Shown: piece after piece, positions 36,211-45,644 of the stretch | Position numbering within the stretch: position 1 is the stretch's first letter | Layout: each line of letters opens with the position of its first letter | Assembly: GCA_963708405.1 (NCBI GenBank) | Contig: CAVPSL010000002.1 | Coordinates: forward strand, 426,959 to 490,958 | Direction of reading: 5' to 3' | DNA from: an uncultured Actinomycetes bacterium | GTDB taxonomy: Bacteria > Actinomycetota > Thermoleophilia > Solirubrobacterales > 70-9 | DNA: 64,000 nucleotides | Program-made: the position numbers and the translations under genes | Notes under the pieces: generated by a model | The model's database searches: none | Told to the model about the DNA's origin: nothing | Seen by the model: only the letters and a program-made list of their open reading frames with translations

Positions 36211-36842
36211 TGGCGGGGCTGATCCACGGGATCGAGGCGGAGAAGGTCGCTGCCAACCTCACCCGCGTGCGCGAGCAGGTCGGCCCCGGGGTCGAGATCC
36301 TGGTCGCCTGCAAGTACGTGCCGCTGGAGGAGATGGGCGTGCTGGCCGAGGCCGGGGTGACGCTGGTCGGCGAGAACCGCCAGCAGGACCTCGCCGCCAA
36401 GCACGAGCGCTGGGGCGGCGCCTTCACCTGGGACTTCATCGGCAACCTGCAGAGCCGCAAGGTCAAGCAGGTGCTGCCGCTCTGCCGGCTCGTCCACTCC
36501 GTCGCCACCGACTCGGTCCTGCGCGAGCTGGGCAAGCACGGCGGCCCCGAGACGCAGGTGTTGGTCGAGGTCAACGTCAGCGGCGAGGAAGAGAAGGGGG
36601 GAGTGGCGCCGGCGGATCTGGGCGAGTTCATCTCCCGCTGCCCGGTCGAGGTCGTCGGCCTGATGACGATGCCGCCCTTCAGCCAGGATCCCGAGGCCTC
36701 ACGCCCGCATTTCGCCCGCCTCGCCGAGCTGGCGGCGGCGCACGGCCTCGGCCGTCTCTCGATGGGAACCTCCCAGGATTGGCCGGTCGCGGTCGAAGAG
36801 GGGGCGACGATCATCCGTCTGGGCACGACGCTCTTTGTGTGA
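36210..36842 (+). CDS. yggS: YggS-family pyridoxal-phosphate-binding protein
   Basis: 210 aa. ILVACKYVPLEEM......GENRQQDL..K.......WDFIGNLQSRKVK......VEVNVSGEE.KGGV......GLMTMPP...SMGTSQD...A.EEGATIIRLGT.LF. Confidence 0.9.
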   Translation: MAGLIHGIEAEKVAANLTRVREQVGPGVEILVACKYVPLEEMGVLAEAGVTLVGENRQQDLAAKHERWGGAFTWDFIGNLQSRKVKQVLPLCRLVHSVATDSVLRELGKHGGPETQVLVEVNVSGEEEKGGVAPADLGEFISRCPVEVVGLMTMPPFSQDPEASRPHFARLAELAAAHGLGRLSMGTSQDWPVAVEEGATIIRLGTTLFV

Positions 36843-36918
36843 ATCGACGCTAACCTGCCCGAAATCGGGTAATTCGTAAAAGGAGTCGGCCCGCGGGGGC
36901 CGAAACAACGCGATACCT

Positions 36919-37476
36919 ATGGCCCTACGCGATACCTGGCACAGAGCACTCGTCTATTTCGGCCTCGCCGAGGACCACGACTACGGTCCCGAATACGAAG
37001 AAGACTTCGAGCCGGAGACCGGCAGCGAGGAAGTCTTCGAGGCGCGCCGCGAACGCGATCGCGACTCCGGCTCAGTCCGGCGCCTGCCGACCTCGCGCCG
37101 GCCCCGCCGCGACGAGATCGACGACATCTTCGCGGACGACGAGCCGATCGCCGCCAGCCGCACGCGAACGCTGCGCCCGGTCGACAACGGCGGCGCCGAC
37201 GTCCAGGTCCACCTGGTCATTCCCCGTAACTTCAACGATGCCCAGCAGGTCGCCGATCAGTTCAAACGCTCGGTGCCGGTGATCCTCAACCTGCAGACCG
37301 CTGACCACGAGCTCTCGAAGCGGATGATCGACTTCTGCTCCGGCCTCACCTACGCCCTCGACGGCGGCATGCAGCGGATCGCCGAGAAGATGTTCCTGCT
37401 GACCCCGCGCAACGTCGAGGTCTCCGCCGAGGAAAAGGCGAGGCTGATCGACAAGGGCTTCTTCAACCAGTCCTAG
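36919..37476 (+). CDS. sepF: Cell division protein SepF
   Basis: An N-terminal amphipathic MALRDTWHRALVYFGL and a disordered linker precede the core PRNFNDAQQVADQFKRSVPVILNLQTADHELSKRMIDFCSGLTYALDGGMQRIAEKMFLLTP. Confidence 0.9.
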   Translation: MALRDTWHRALVYFGLAEDHDYGPEYEEDFEPETGSEEVFEARRERDRDSGSVRRLPTSRRPRRDEIDDIFADDEPIAASRTRTLRPVDNGGADVQVHLVIPRNFNDAQQVADQFKRSVPVILNLQTADHELSKRMIDFCSGLTYALDGGMQRIAEKMFLLTPRNVEVSAEEKARLIDKGFFNQS

Positions 37477-37502
37477 CCGGCCCGGGGATAGTCTCCCGGG
37501 CC

Positions 37503-38240
37503 ATGGTCGTCGGCTTCGTCGGTTCCGGAAACATGGCTGCGGCGATCGCCCGTGGCTGGACGGGCGAGTTCGAGGCGATGCTGTTCTCCGACTCAGGCTC
37601 GGGCCGCGCCCAGGCCCTGGCCGACGAGCTCGGCGGCGAGGTGGCCACGAATACCGCGATCGCCGCGCGAGCCGACCTGCTCGTCCTGGCGGTTAAGCCG
37701 GCCAAGCTGGAGGAGGTGGCGTCGGATATCCAGGACGCCCGCGGCGTCGTCTCGGTGCTGGCAGCGACGCCGCTGGCGAGGGTCGTCGCCGCCCTGCCTG
37801 AGGCCGAAGTGCTGCGACTGATGCCGAACGTCGGCGTCGAGGTGCGCAAGGGCGTCCTCTGTGTCGCCGGCGAGGCCGCGGCCGATGTGCGCGAGAAGCT
37901 GGCCGTGCTCGGCGACGTGGTCGAGATCCCCGACGGCGACTTCGACGAGGCGACCGCGATTATGAGCTGCGCCCCCGCCTACTTGGCGCTGGCGGTCGAG
38001 GCATTGGCCGACGCCGGCGCCGCCGAGGGCCTCGACCCGGCCCTGGCCCGCGAGCTGGTGGTCGAGACCGCGGTCGGGACCGCCGAGCTGCTGCGCCAGC
38101 ACGATCCCGCCGCACTGCGCCGCGCCGTCGCCTCGCCTGGGGGCGCCACCGAAGCCGGTCTGGAAGCGCTCGAGCGCGAGGGCGGCCCCGAGGCCTTTGC
38201 GGCCGCCGTGCGCGCCTCGCTGGAGCGGATGCGGCGATGA
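37503..38240 (+). CDS. proC: Pyrroline-5-carboxylate reductase
   Basis: VGFVGSGNMAAAIARG...LAVKP.......MPN......AMSGCAPAYL-like (AIMSCAPAYLALAVEAL)...SPGGATEAGL. TAGTCT lies 8 nt upstream of the ATG. Confidence 0.85.
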   Translation: MVVGFVGSGNMAAAIARGWTGEFEAMLFSDSGSGRAQALADELGGEVATNTAIAARADLLVLAVKPAKLEEVASDIQDARGVVSVLAATPLARVVAALPEAEVLRLMPNVGVEVRKGVLCVAGEAAADVREKLAVLGDVVEIPDGDFDEATAIMSCAPAYLALAVEALADAGAAEGLDPALARELVVETAVGTAELLRQHDPAALRRAVASPGGATEAGLEALEREGGPEAFAAAVRASLERMRR

Positions 38241-38539
38241 CCGTCCTCGCTGTCACCCGCGGCGACATTGCGACCTACGTCGAAGCGCTGTTCATCGTCT
38301 ACATCGTGCTGATCTTCTGCAACATCCTCATCTCCTGGATCCCGCGCATCCCCTACAGCCCGCCGCTGCGCGCCGTGCTCGACTTCATCAAAGACACGAC
38401 CGACCCCTACCTGAATCTCTTCCGGCGCTTCCTGCCCCCGATCGGCGGCGGCAGTTTCGCCCTCGACCTCAGCCCGATGATCGGGATCATCATCCTCTTC
38501 GCCCTGCAGGCCGTGGTCGTCAGCCTGATCCGCGGGTGA
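38237..38539 (+). CDS. yggT: YggT-family membrane protein
   Basis: 100 aa with two hydrophobic spans and the YggT-like PYLNLFRRFLPPIGG.DLSPMI motif. ATGA overlaps proC. Confidence 0.85.
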   Translation: MTVLAVTRGDIATYVEALFIVYIVLIFCNILISWIPRIPYSPPLRAVLDFIKDTTDPYLNLFRRFLPPIGGGSFALDLSPMIGIIILFALQAVVVSLIRG

Positions 38540-39009
38540 GCGCCAGCGCCCGTGCCTGGTGCCTGGCCGGCGCGCTTTGCGCCCTGGTCCTGATCGCCGA
38601 CCAGGCGGCCAAGGCGGCGATCGAGCACAACCTCGTCATCGGCCAGCAGGTTGAGGTGCTGGGACCGCTGGAACTGACGCTCTCGCACAACCGCGGCGTC
38701 GCCTTCGGGCTGGCCGGGGGCGGCGGCTTCCTCCTGATCGCGGTCGGCCTCCTCGCTCTCGGCGTCGTCGGTTGGCTCTTCGCCCGCGATCCGACCCGGC
38801 CCTGGATGTGGGTGGCGACCGGGTTGGTCGCCGGCGGCGCCCTCGGCAACCTCACCGACCGCATCCGCGCCAACGCCGTCACCGACTTCATCGACCTGCC
38901 ACCCTGGCCGCCGTTCAACCTCGCCGACATAGCAATCACCGTCGGCGTCATCGTGCTCGTCGTGCTCTACCTGCGTGACGCCGCCGCCGACGGCCAGCGC
39001 GATGGCTGA
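38536..39009 (+). CDS. lspA: Signal peptidase II (lipoprotein signal peptidase)
   Basis: The GTG start overlaps the yggT stop. Contains ADQ.K......L.LTLSHNRGVAFG and GGALGNLTDRI....VTDFID...PPFNLAD. Confidence 0.85.
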   Translation: MSASARAWCLAGALCALVLIADQAAKAAIEHNLVIGQQVEVLGPLELTLSHNRGVAFGLAGGGGFLLIAVGLLALGVVGWLFARDPTRPWMWVATGLVAGGALGNLTDRIRANAVTDFIDLPPWPPFNLADIAITVGVIVLVVLYLRDAAADGQRDG

Positions 39010-39676
39010 TCTGGCACCGCGCCTCGTCCACCTCGACGAGGCACTGGCGGTAGTCGACAAGCCGGCCGGCCTGGTCGTCCACCCGGCGCCCTCCCACCAG
39101 GGGCCGACCCTGGTCAGCGAGCTGGCGGAGATCCTCGGCGGCGGCGACCCCGAGCGGCCGGGAATCGTCCACCGGCTCGACAAGGGCACCAGCGGCCTGC
39201 TCGTCGTCGCCCGCGACGACGCCGCCCACGCCGCCCTGCAGGCGCAGGTGCAGCGGCGCGAGGTGGAACGCGTCTACCTGGCCCTGGCCGGCGGCCGGCT
39301 CAGCTCCCGCACCGGCACCATCGACGCGCCCATCGGGCGCGCCCGCCAGCGCCACCGGATGGCCGTCTCCGGCGCCGCCTCGCGCCAGGCCCGCACCCAT
39401 TTCGAGGTGCTGGAGCTGCTGCCGCGCGAGACCTATCTGCAGGCGCGCCTGGAGACCGGCCGCACGCACCAGATCCGCGCCCACTTCGCCGCCATCGGCC
39501 ACCCGCTGACGGGAGACGCCACCTACGGTGGCGCCGCGCGCTATGGCCTCGGGCGCCAGTTTCTGCACGCGCACCGGCTCGCTTTCGATCACCCGGTTAC
39601 GGGGGAGAGGCTCAGCTTCACCTCGCCGCTGCCGCCCGACCTGGCGGCGGCCCTGGACGCGGCCCGCGCCGATTAG
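39002..39676 (+). CDS. RluA-family pseudouridine synthase (no S4 domain)
   Basis: VVDKPAGLVVHP, catalytic HRLDKGTSGLLVVA, and the GRTHQIRAH motif. Confidence 0.85.
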   Translation: MADLAPRLVHLDEALAVVDKPAGLVVHPAPSHQGPTLVSELAEILGGGDPERPGIVHRLDKGTSGLLVVARDDAAHAALQAQVQRREVERVYLALAGGRLSSRTGTIDAPIGRARQRHRMAVSGAASRQARTHFEVLELLPRETYLQARLETGRTHQIRAHFAAIGHPLTGDATYGGAARYGLGRQFLHAHRLAFDHPVTGERLSFTSPLPPDLAAALDAARAD

Positions 39677-39814
39677 CGCCCGCGCTTACAATTCCCCCTT
39701 CGTAATCTAACCCCCGTTGGCAGCGAACCGGATCCTGCCCGAGCGCCCAGAGCGCGCCCGGGTCCCGGCGAGTGGGGCGGGGAGCTTCGCCAAACCGAAC
39801 AAGGAGATTTTTCG

Positions 39815-40930
39815 ATGCCAGAGGCAGGCCTTACCGAGCTGCTCCAGGCCGGAGTCCACTTCGGCCACCAGACGCGCCGCTGGAACCCGAACATGCGCCG
39901 CTTCATCTTCGGCGAGCTGGACGGGATCCACATCATTGACTTGCTGCAGACCGAGGCGCTGCTGGAGAACGCCCGTCGCTTCGCTGGCGAGCTCGCCAGC
40001 GGCGGCGGCACGGTGCTCTTCGTCGGCACCAAGAAGCAGGCCCGCGACTCGGTCCAGGAATGGGCCGAAAAATGCCAGATGCCTTACGTCAACAAGCGCT
40101 GGCTGGGCGGGCTGCTGACCAACTTCAACACGATGTCGGGCCGGATCGCCCGCCTGCACGAGCTCAACGGCTGGAAAGAGGACGGCAAACTCGACCTTCT
40201 GCCGACCAAGGAGCGGATGGGGCTGGAGGCCGAACTCGCCAAGCTCGAGTTCAACCTCGGCGGCGTCCGCGACATGGAGCGCCTACCCGACGCGGTTTTC
40301 GTCACCGACCTCAAAACCGAGGAGATCGCGGTCCACGAGGCGGCCCGCCTGCGGATCCCGATCATCGGCCTGGTCGACACCAACTGCGACCCGACGCCGG
40401 TCGACTTCGTGATTCCCGGGAACGACGACGCGATCCGCTCCTGCGAGCTGATCATCGGCACCATCGGCACCGCTGTCGAGGAGGGCTCGAGCGCCTGGCG
40501 AGTGCAGGAGGAGAAGCGCATCGCCGAGGAAATGGCGCGGCGCAAAAAGGAGGAAGAAGAGCGGCGCAAGCGCGAGGAAGAAGAGAAAGCCCGCGTCGAA
40601 GCCGAGGAAGCCAAAAAAGCGGCTGAGGCGGCGGAGAAAGCTGCTGCCGAGAAAGCGGCAGCGGAGAAAGCTGCGAAAGAGACGGCCGCCCCCCGGCCCG
40701 CGGGTCCTGTCGTGGGAGAAGGCGCCTCGTCCTCGCAAGCTGCGGGCGAGGCCCCATCTCCCACGCCACCCGCGGGAGGGGCCGCTGCCGCTGGTGCTGC
40801 GGAGGCCGCTCCGGCCGCCGAGGAGAAATCCTCTCCTGTGCCGGAGGCGCAGCCTCCGGCCACCCCACCTGCGCCGACCCCGCCGGCTCCGGCCCCTGAG
40901 AACGCTGAGAAAGAGGGAGACCAGTCGTGA
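39815..40930 (+). CDS. rpsB: 30S ribosomal protein S2 with a C-terminal low-complexity extension of about 130 aa
   Basis: LLQAGVHFGHQTRRWNP.M..FIFG...GIHIIDL. SD aaggag. The tail from about aa 235 is KE-rich and then PA-rich. Confidence 0.95.
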   Translation: MPEAGLTELLQAGVHFGHQTRRWNPNMRRFIFGELDGIHIIDLLQTEALLENARRFAGELASGGGTVLFVGTKKQARDSVQEWAEKCQMPYVNKRWLGGLLTNFNTMSGRIARLHELNGWKEDGKLDLLPTKERMGLEAELAKLEFNLGGVRDMERLPDAVFVTDLKTEEIAVHEAARLRIPIIGLVDTNCDPTPVDFVIPGNDDAIRSCELIIGTIGTAVEEGSSAWRVQEEKRIAEEMARRKKEEEERRKREEEEKARVEAEEAKKAAEAAEKAAAEKAAAEKAAKETAAPRPAGPVVGEGASSSQAAGEAPSPTPPAGGAAAAGAAEAAPAAEEKSSPVPEAQPPATPPAPTPPAPAPENAEKEGDQS

Positions 40931-41529
40931 GCATTTCTGCTGCTGATGTGAAGGCGCTCCGGGATCGCACCGGGGCGGCGATGATGGACTGCAAAGCGGC
41001 CCTGACCGAGGCCGACGGCGACACCGACCGCGCGGTCGAGATCCTGCGCGTGAAGGGCCAGGCCTCCGCCGCCAAGCGCGAAGGCCGCGGCACCGACGAG
41101 GGGGTCGTCTCCTCCTACATCCACGCCAACGACAAGGTCGGGGCGATGGTTGAGGTGCAGTGCGAGACCGACTTCGTCGCCCGCAACGAGGACTTCAAGG
41201 TCTTCGCCTACCAAGTCGCCCTGCACGTCGCCGCCACGGCGCCGCGCTACGTCTCCTCGGAGGAGATCCCGGCCGAGGAGCGCGAGGCCGAAAAGCGGGT
41301 CTTCGAGGAGAAGGCGCGCGAAGAAGGCAAGCCCGACAACGTCGTCGAGAAAATCGTCGAGGGCCAGCTCTCGAAGTGGGCCAGCGAGGTGGCGCTGCTA
41401 GACCAGCAGCACGTCAACGCCGAGAAACACGACTCGAAAACGATCGAGGAGCTGCGCCAGGAGCTGGCGGCGAAGACGGGCGAGAACATCCGCATCGCAC
41501 GGTTCGCCTATTTCCGCGTCGGCCAATAG
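40927..41529 (+). CDS. tsf: Elongation factor Ts (short form)
   Basis: ISAADVKALRDRTGAAMMDCKAALTEADGD.DRAVEILR.KG...A.KR.GR...EG......VEV.CETDFVARNE.F. Confidence 0.95.
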   Translation: MSISAADVKALRDRTGAAMMDCKAALTEADGDTDRAVEILRVKGQASAAKREGRGTDEGVVSSYIHANDKVGAMVEVQCETDFVARNEDFKVFAYQVALHVAATAPRYVSSEEIPAEEREAEKRVFEEKAREEGKPDNVVEKIVEGQLSKWASEVALLDQQHVNAEKHDSKTIEELRQELAAKTGENIRIARFAYFRVGQ

Positions 41530-41541
41530 AGTCGCCTTAAC

Positions 41542-42282
41542 GTGACGTCCTCTCCCGAGCCACGCTTCGGGCGCATCCTGTTGAAGCTTTCCGGGGAGGC
41601 CCTGATGGGCCGCCTCGACTTCGGCACCGACGCTGCCGAGGTCGAACGGATCGCCCGGCAGGTGGCGGCTCTGCGCGAGCGCGGTGTCGAGGTGGCGATC
41701 GTGGTCGGCGCCGGCAACATCTACCGCGGCCTCGACGGTGCCGCCAAAGGCATGGACCGGGCCACCGGCGACTACATGGGGATGCTGGCCACGGTGCTGA
41801 ACGCGCTCACCCTGCAGGACGCCCTGGAGGGACTCGGCCAGTACACGCGGGTGATGTCGGCGATCGACGTCAAGGAGGTCGCCGAGCCCTACATCCGCCG
41901 CCGCGCCATGCGCCACCTCGAGAAGGGCCGCGTCGTCATCTTCGCCGCCGGCACCGGCAACCCGTTTTTCACCACCGATACGGCGGCGGCGCTGCGGGCG
42001 CTGGAGATCCACGCCGAGGCGATCTTGATGGCGAAGAACGGGGTGGAGGGGGTCTACGACTCCGACCCGGCGACGAACCCGGACGCCAAGTTCATCCCCG
42101 CGATCAGCCACCGCGAGGCGATCGAGCGTGGCCTCAAGGTGATGGACTCGACCGCCCTCTCGCTCTGCATGGACAACGACCTTCCCATCTACGTCTTCAA
42201 CATGGGTGACGAGCGCAACATAGATAGGATCGTTTCCGGCGAGAAGGTGGGCACGCTGGTCTCCAATGCCCCCGCCGCCTAG
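41542..42282 (+). CDS. pyrH: UMP kinase
   Basis: [11 protein letters not shown]......[10 protein letters not shown].......[15 protein letters not shown]......[22 protein letters not shown]. Confidence 0.95.
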   Translation: MTSSPEPRFGRILLKLSGEALMGRLDFGTDAAEVERIARQVAALRERGVEVAIVVGAGNIYRGLDGAAKGMDRATGDYMGMLATVLNALTLQDALEGLGQYTRVMSAIDVKEVAEPYIRRRAMRHLEKGRVVIFAAGTGNPFFTTDTAAALRALEIHAEAILMAKNGVEGVYDSDPATNPDAKFIPAISHREAIERGLKVMDSTALSLCMDNDLPIYVFNMGDERNIDRIVSGEKVGTLVSNAPAA

Positions 42283-42297
42283 TCAGGACGGGAACCT

Positions 42298-42861
42298 GTG
42301 GAGCTGATCGACGAACTGCTTGCGGACGCCAAGGAGCGGATGACCAAATCGGTCGAGTCCAGCCGTGGCGAGCTCGCCACCGTCCGCACCGGCCGCGCCT
42401 CGCCGCACCTGCTCGACCGCATCGTCGTCGACTACTACGGCAACCCGACCCCGCTCAAGCAGCTAGCCAACATCGCCGCCAGCGATGCCCGGCTGCTGAC
42501 CGTGACGCCCTTCGACAAGGGCTCGATGGGGGCGATCGAGAAGGCGATCCAGGAGTCCGACGTCGGCCTGACGCCGAGCAACGACGGCAACCTGATCCGG
42601 CTCTCGATCCCGGAGATGACCGAGGAGCGGCGCCGCGAGATGGTCAAAGTGGTTCACGGCGTCGCCGAGGAGGGCCGGGTGGCCGTCCGCAACGTCCGCC
42701 GCGACATCATGAGCGACCTGCGCGAGCTGAAGAAGGAGGGCGAAGCCGGCGAGGACGACGAGCGCCGCGCCGAGGCCGCCCTGCAGAAGCAGACCGACGA
42801 GGCTGTCGCCGAGATCGACGCCCTGCTGAAGGGCAAGGAAGAGGAAATCCTCGAAGTTTGA
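42298..42861 (+). CDS. frr: Ribosome recycling factor
   Basis: 187 aa. ...ELATVRTGRASP.LLD.I.VDYYG..TPL.QLA.I.....R.L.V.PFDK......IEKAI..SD.GL.P.NDG..IRL.IP..TEERR. Confidence 0.95.
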   Translation: MELIDELLADAKERMTKSVESSRGELATVRTGRASPHLLDRIVVDYYGNPTPLKQLANIAASDARLLTVTPFDKGSMGAIEKAIQESDVGLTPSNDGNLIRLSIPEMTEERRREMVKVVHGVAEEGRVAVRNVRRDIMSDLRELKKEGEAGEDDERRAEAALQKQTDEAVAEIDALLKGKEEEILEV

Positions 42862-43526
42862 GCCCGCCGCGCTACGTAGCCATCATCACCGACGGCAACG
42901 GGCGTTGGGCGGAGCGCAGGGGCCTGCCGGTTGTCGAGGGGCACCGGGCCGGGGCGGACGTCGTCAAGGGACGCCTGCGCGACGCGGTCGAGTTCGGGAT
43001 CGAGGAGCTGACCGTGTTCTCTTTCTCGACCGAGAACTGGACGCGGCCGCCCGAGGAGGTCGAGGGGCTGATGCGGATGCTCGACGAGCGCATCGCCGGC
43101 GAGACCCCGGAGCTAAACGAGGAGGGCGTGCGGATGCGCTTCATCGGCCGCCGCGAGGGGGTGCCAACGCCGCTGATCGAGCGCATGGAGTGGGCCGAAG
43201 ACCTGACTGGGGCCAACGACCGGATCTCGCTCTTCATCGCCTTCAACTACGGCGGCCGGGCGGAGATCGTCGATGCGGCGCGGAGCTTTGACGGCGGCAG
43301 CGAGGAGGAGTTCCGCCAGCACCTCTACGCGCCCGAGATGCACGATCCCGACCTGCTCATTCGCACCAGCGGCGAGGAACGGCTCTCCAACTACCTGTTG
43401 TGGCAGTGCGCCTATTCGGAGCTGGTCTTCGCCGATGAGCTCTGGCCGGACTTCGACCGCGACGCCTTCGCCCGGGCCCTGGGCGAGTACGAGACGCGGC
43501 AGCGGCGCTTCGGAGCGCGGGCGTGA
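42858..43526 (+). CDS. uppS: Isoprenyl (undecaprenyl) diphosphate synthase
   Basis: The TTG start overlaps the frr stop. Contains VAIITDGNGRWA, GH.AG, LTVFSFSTENW.RP..EV, LIRTSGE.RLSN.LLWQ.AYSE and W.PDF. Confidence 0.9.
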   Translation: MSPPRYVAIITDGNGRWAERRGLPVVEGHRAGADVVKGRLRDAVEFGIEELTVFSFSTENWTRPPEEVEGLMRMLDERIAGETPELNEEGVRMRFIGRREGVPTPLIERMEWAEDLTGANDRISLFIAFNYGGRAEIVDAARSFDGGSEEEFRQHLYAPEMHDPDLLIRTSGEERLSNYLLWQCAYSELVFADELWPDFDRDAFARALGEYETRQRRFGARA

Positions 43527-44416
43527 CCGTCGAACTGTTCGACGACGAGATGTTCGAGGACGATCCGCCGCCGGAGCCGCGGCGGCGCCCGCCCCGCAAA
43601 CCGCGGCGGGGAGGAGGGGGCAGCGGCGAGACGGTCAAGCGGATCATCGTCGTCCTGCCCTGGATCGTGGTCGCGATCGCGATCATCGTCGCCGGCGGCC
43701 TCGTCTTCGCTGGTGCCCTGATCGCCATCGGCGCCCTCTGCCTGCGTGAGTACCTGACGATGACCGAGGAGGCGCGGCCGCTGCCGATCCCCGCCTATCT
43801 CGCGGTGGCGGCGCTGATCGTCGCCGCCCACTTCGGGACCGCCTTCAACGTCTTGCTGGTGCTCGTCGCCGCCTTCCCGGTGATGTTCGTTTTCGCGGCC
43901 CGCGACAACCACCGCGACGGGGCGACGGTCTCGATCGCGATCACGCTGCTGGGGATCGCCTGGATCGGCCTGCCGCTGGCCCACGCAGTACTGCTGCGCG
44001 ACCTGCCAAGCCACGGCGCCGGCCTGCTGGTCGACGTCCTCGTCGGCACCTTCGTCGCCGACACTGCCGCCTACGCCACCGGCCGCATGTTCGGCAGCCA
44101 CAAAATCGCCCCGACCCTTTCTCCCAACAAGACCGTCGAGGGCCTAATCGGCGGCTTCATCATCGGCACCATGGGCTTCTGGTTCGCCGGCCTCTACCAA
44201 GACTGGCTCTCGGGGGTGGACGCCCTCATCATCGGCGCCGCTGTCGCCGCCTTCGCCCCGATCGGCGACCTCTTCGAGTCCCTGCTCAAGCGCGACCTCG
44301 GCACCAAGGACACCGGCACCCTCTTCGGCCCTCACGGCGGCATCCTCGACCGCCTCGACGCCGTCCTTTTCACCGTGGTCGTCGGCTACTACCTCGCGAT
44401 CGCGCTGGTCTATTGA
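43523..44416 (+). CDS. cdsA: Phosphatidate cytidylyltransferase
   Basis: Multi-pass membrane protein with the signature SLLKRDLGTKDTGTLFGPHGGILDRLD. Confidence 0.9.
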   Translation: MTVELFDDEMFEDDPPPEPRRRPPRKPRRGGGGSGETVKRIIVVLPWIVVAIAIIVAGGLVFAGALIAIGALCLREYLTMTEEARPLPIPAYLAVAALIVAAHFGTAFNVLLVLVAAFPVMFVFAARDNHRDGATVSIAITLLGIAWIGLPLAHAVLLRDLPSHGAGLLVDVLVGTFVADTAAYATGRMFGSHKIAPTLSPNKTVEGLIGGFIIGTMGFWFAGLYQDWLSGVDALIIGAAVAAFAPIGDLFESLLKRDLGTKDTGTLFGPHGGILDRLDAVLFTVVVGYYLAIALVY

Positions 44417-44465
44417 GACGCGTCTGCTTTTTGGGGCCTATATGCACCCATAACGCAGACGCGTG
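44417..44465. repeat. Palindromic intergenic element, copy B (inverted orientation relative to copy A)
   Basis: It has arms ACGCGTCTGC and GCAGACGCGT. Its reverse complement aligns with 3579-3625 through shared blocks TTATGGGT, GCAT and CCCAAAA. It starts immediately after the cdsA stop. Confidence 0.6.
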
Positions 44466-45644
44466 GGTGGAGAGGGTCGCTCCGTATCCTTTGAAGCCTT
44501 GAAGAAGGTTCTCGTACTGGGATCGACTGGATCGATCGGAACGCAGGCGCTACAGGTGATCGGGCGCTCGCCGGAGCTGCAGGCAGTTGGCCTGGCGGCG
44601 GGCTCTGCCTGGGAGCAGGTGCTGGCACAGGCGCGCGAGCACGGGGTGCCGACGGTCGCGTTGGCTGACGAGGCGGCGGCCGAGAGTGCCCGCGGCGCCT
44701 GGAGCGGGCGCGTGCTCGCTGGCGAGGAGGGCGTGCGCGAGCTGATCGGCTCCTCGGGAGCGGACCTCGTCCTCAACGCGATCGTCGGCGCCGCCGGGCT
44801 CGGCTCGACGATCGTCGCCCTCAGCGAGGGGATCGACGTCGCTCTCGCCAATAAGGAGAGCCTGGTGATCGGTGGCGAGCTGGTCACGGCGCTGGCCGAG
44901 GCGACGGGGACGCGGCTGCTGCCGGTCGACTCCGAGCACTCGGCACTCTTCCAGCTCGTCGGCTCGGAGCCGCCGGGGACGGTCGAGCGCCTGGTCCTGA
45001 CCGCATCCGGCGGGCCCTTCCGCGGCCGCGAGGACCTCGACGGGGTTAGCGTCGAGGACGCCCTCGCGCACCCGACCTGGCGCATGGGTGGCCGCATCAC
45101 GATTGACTGCGCGACGCTGATGAACAAGGGCTTCGAGGCGATCGAGGCGCATCACTTCTTCGCCATCCCCTACGAGCGCATCGGCGTGGTCGTCCACCCG
45201 CAGTCGATCGTCCACTCGCTGATCGACCTCCTCGACGGCGCCTCACTGGCCCACCTCGGCTACCCCGACATGCGCGTGCCGATCTCCTACGCACTCCACT
45301 TCCCCGAGCGGGCCGAGGTCGACGTGCCGCGCCTCGACCTCGCCGCCGTCGGCTCCCTGACCTTCGAGCAGCCCGACCTCGACACCTTCGCCTGCCTACG
45401 CCTCGCCCTCGAGGCCGGCGCCGCAGGGGGGACCGCGCCCTGCGTCCTCAACGCCGCCGACGAGGTCGCCGTCGCCGCCTTCCTCGCCGGCCGGATCCCC
45501 TTCACCGGCATCGCCGCCGTGATCGAGCGCGTGCTCGAGGAGATGCCGGCCCAGCCCGTCACCCACTTCGATGACCTTTTCGCCACCGACGCCGAGGCCC
45601 GCCGCCGCTCCGAAGAAGAGGTCCGGGGGTTGATGCCGGCATGA
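44463..45644 (+). CDS. dxr: 1-deoxy-D-xylulose 5-phosphate reductoisomerase
   Basis: KKVLVLGSTGSIGTQAL......LANKESLV.GG........LPVDSEHSA.FQ....LTASGGPFR........HP.W.MG.KI.IDSAT.MNKG.E.IEA. The true start may be TTG 44499 rather than GTG 44463. Confidence 0.93.
   Translation: MGGEGRSVSFEALKKVLVLGSTGSIGTQALQVIGRSPELQAVGLAAGSAWEQVLAQAREHGVPTVALADEAAAESARGAWSGRVLAGEEGVRELIGSSGADLVLNAIVGAAGLGSTIVALSEGIDVALANKESLVIGGELVTALAEATGTRLLPVDSEHSALFQLVGSEPPGTVERLVLTASGGPFRGREDLDGVSVEDALAHPTWRMGGRITIDCATLMNKGFEAIEAHHFFAIPYERIGVVVHPQSIVHSLIDLLDGASLAHLGYPDMRVPISYALHFPERAEVDVPRLDLAAVGSLTFEQPDLDTFACLRLALEAGAAGGTAPCVLNAADEVAVAAFLAGRIPFTGIAAVIERVLEEMPAQPVTHFDDLFATDAEARRRSEEEVRGLMPA

Noticed and set aside
40084-41226. 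380-aa minus-strand ORF and other long antisense ORFs (for example 7059..8354, 10718..12010, 13843..15207, 27537..28742, 50388..51500)
   Set aside because: All lie opposite strongly supported genes, are low-complexity (Arg/Pro/Ala/Gly-rich), and lack start-site signals.
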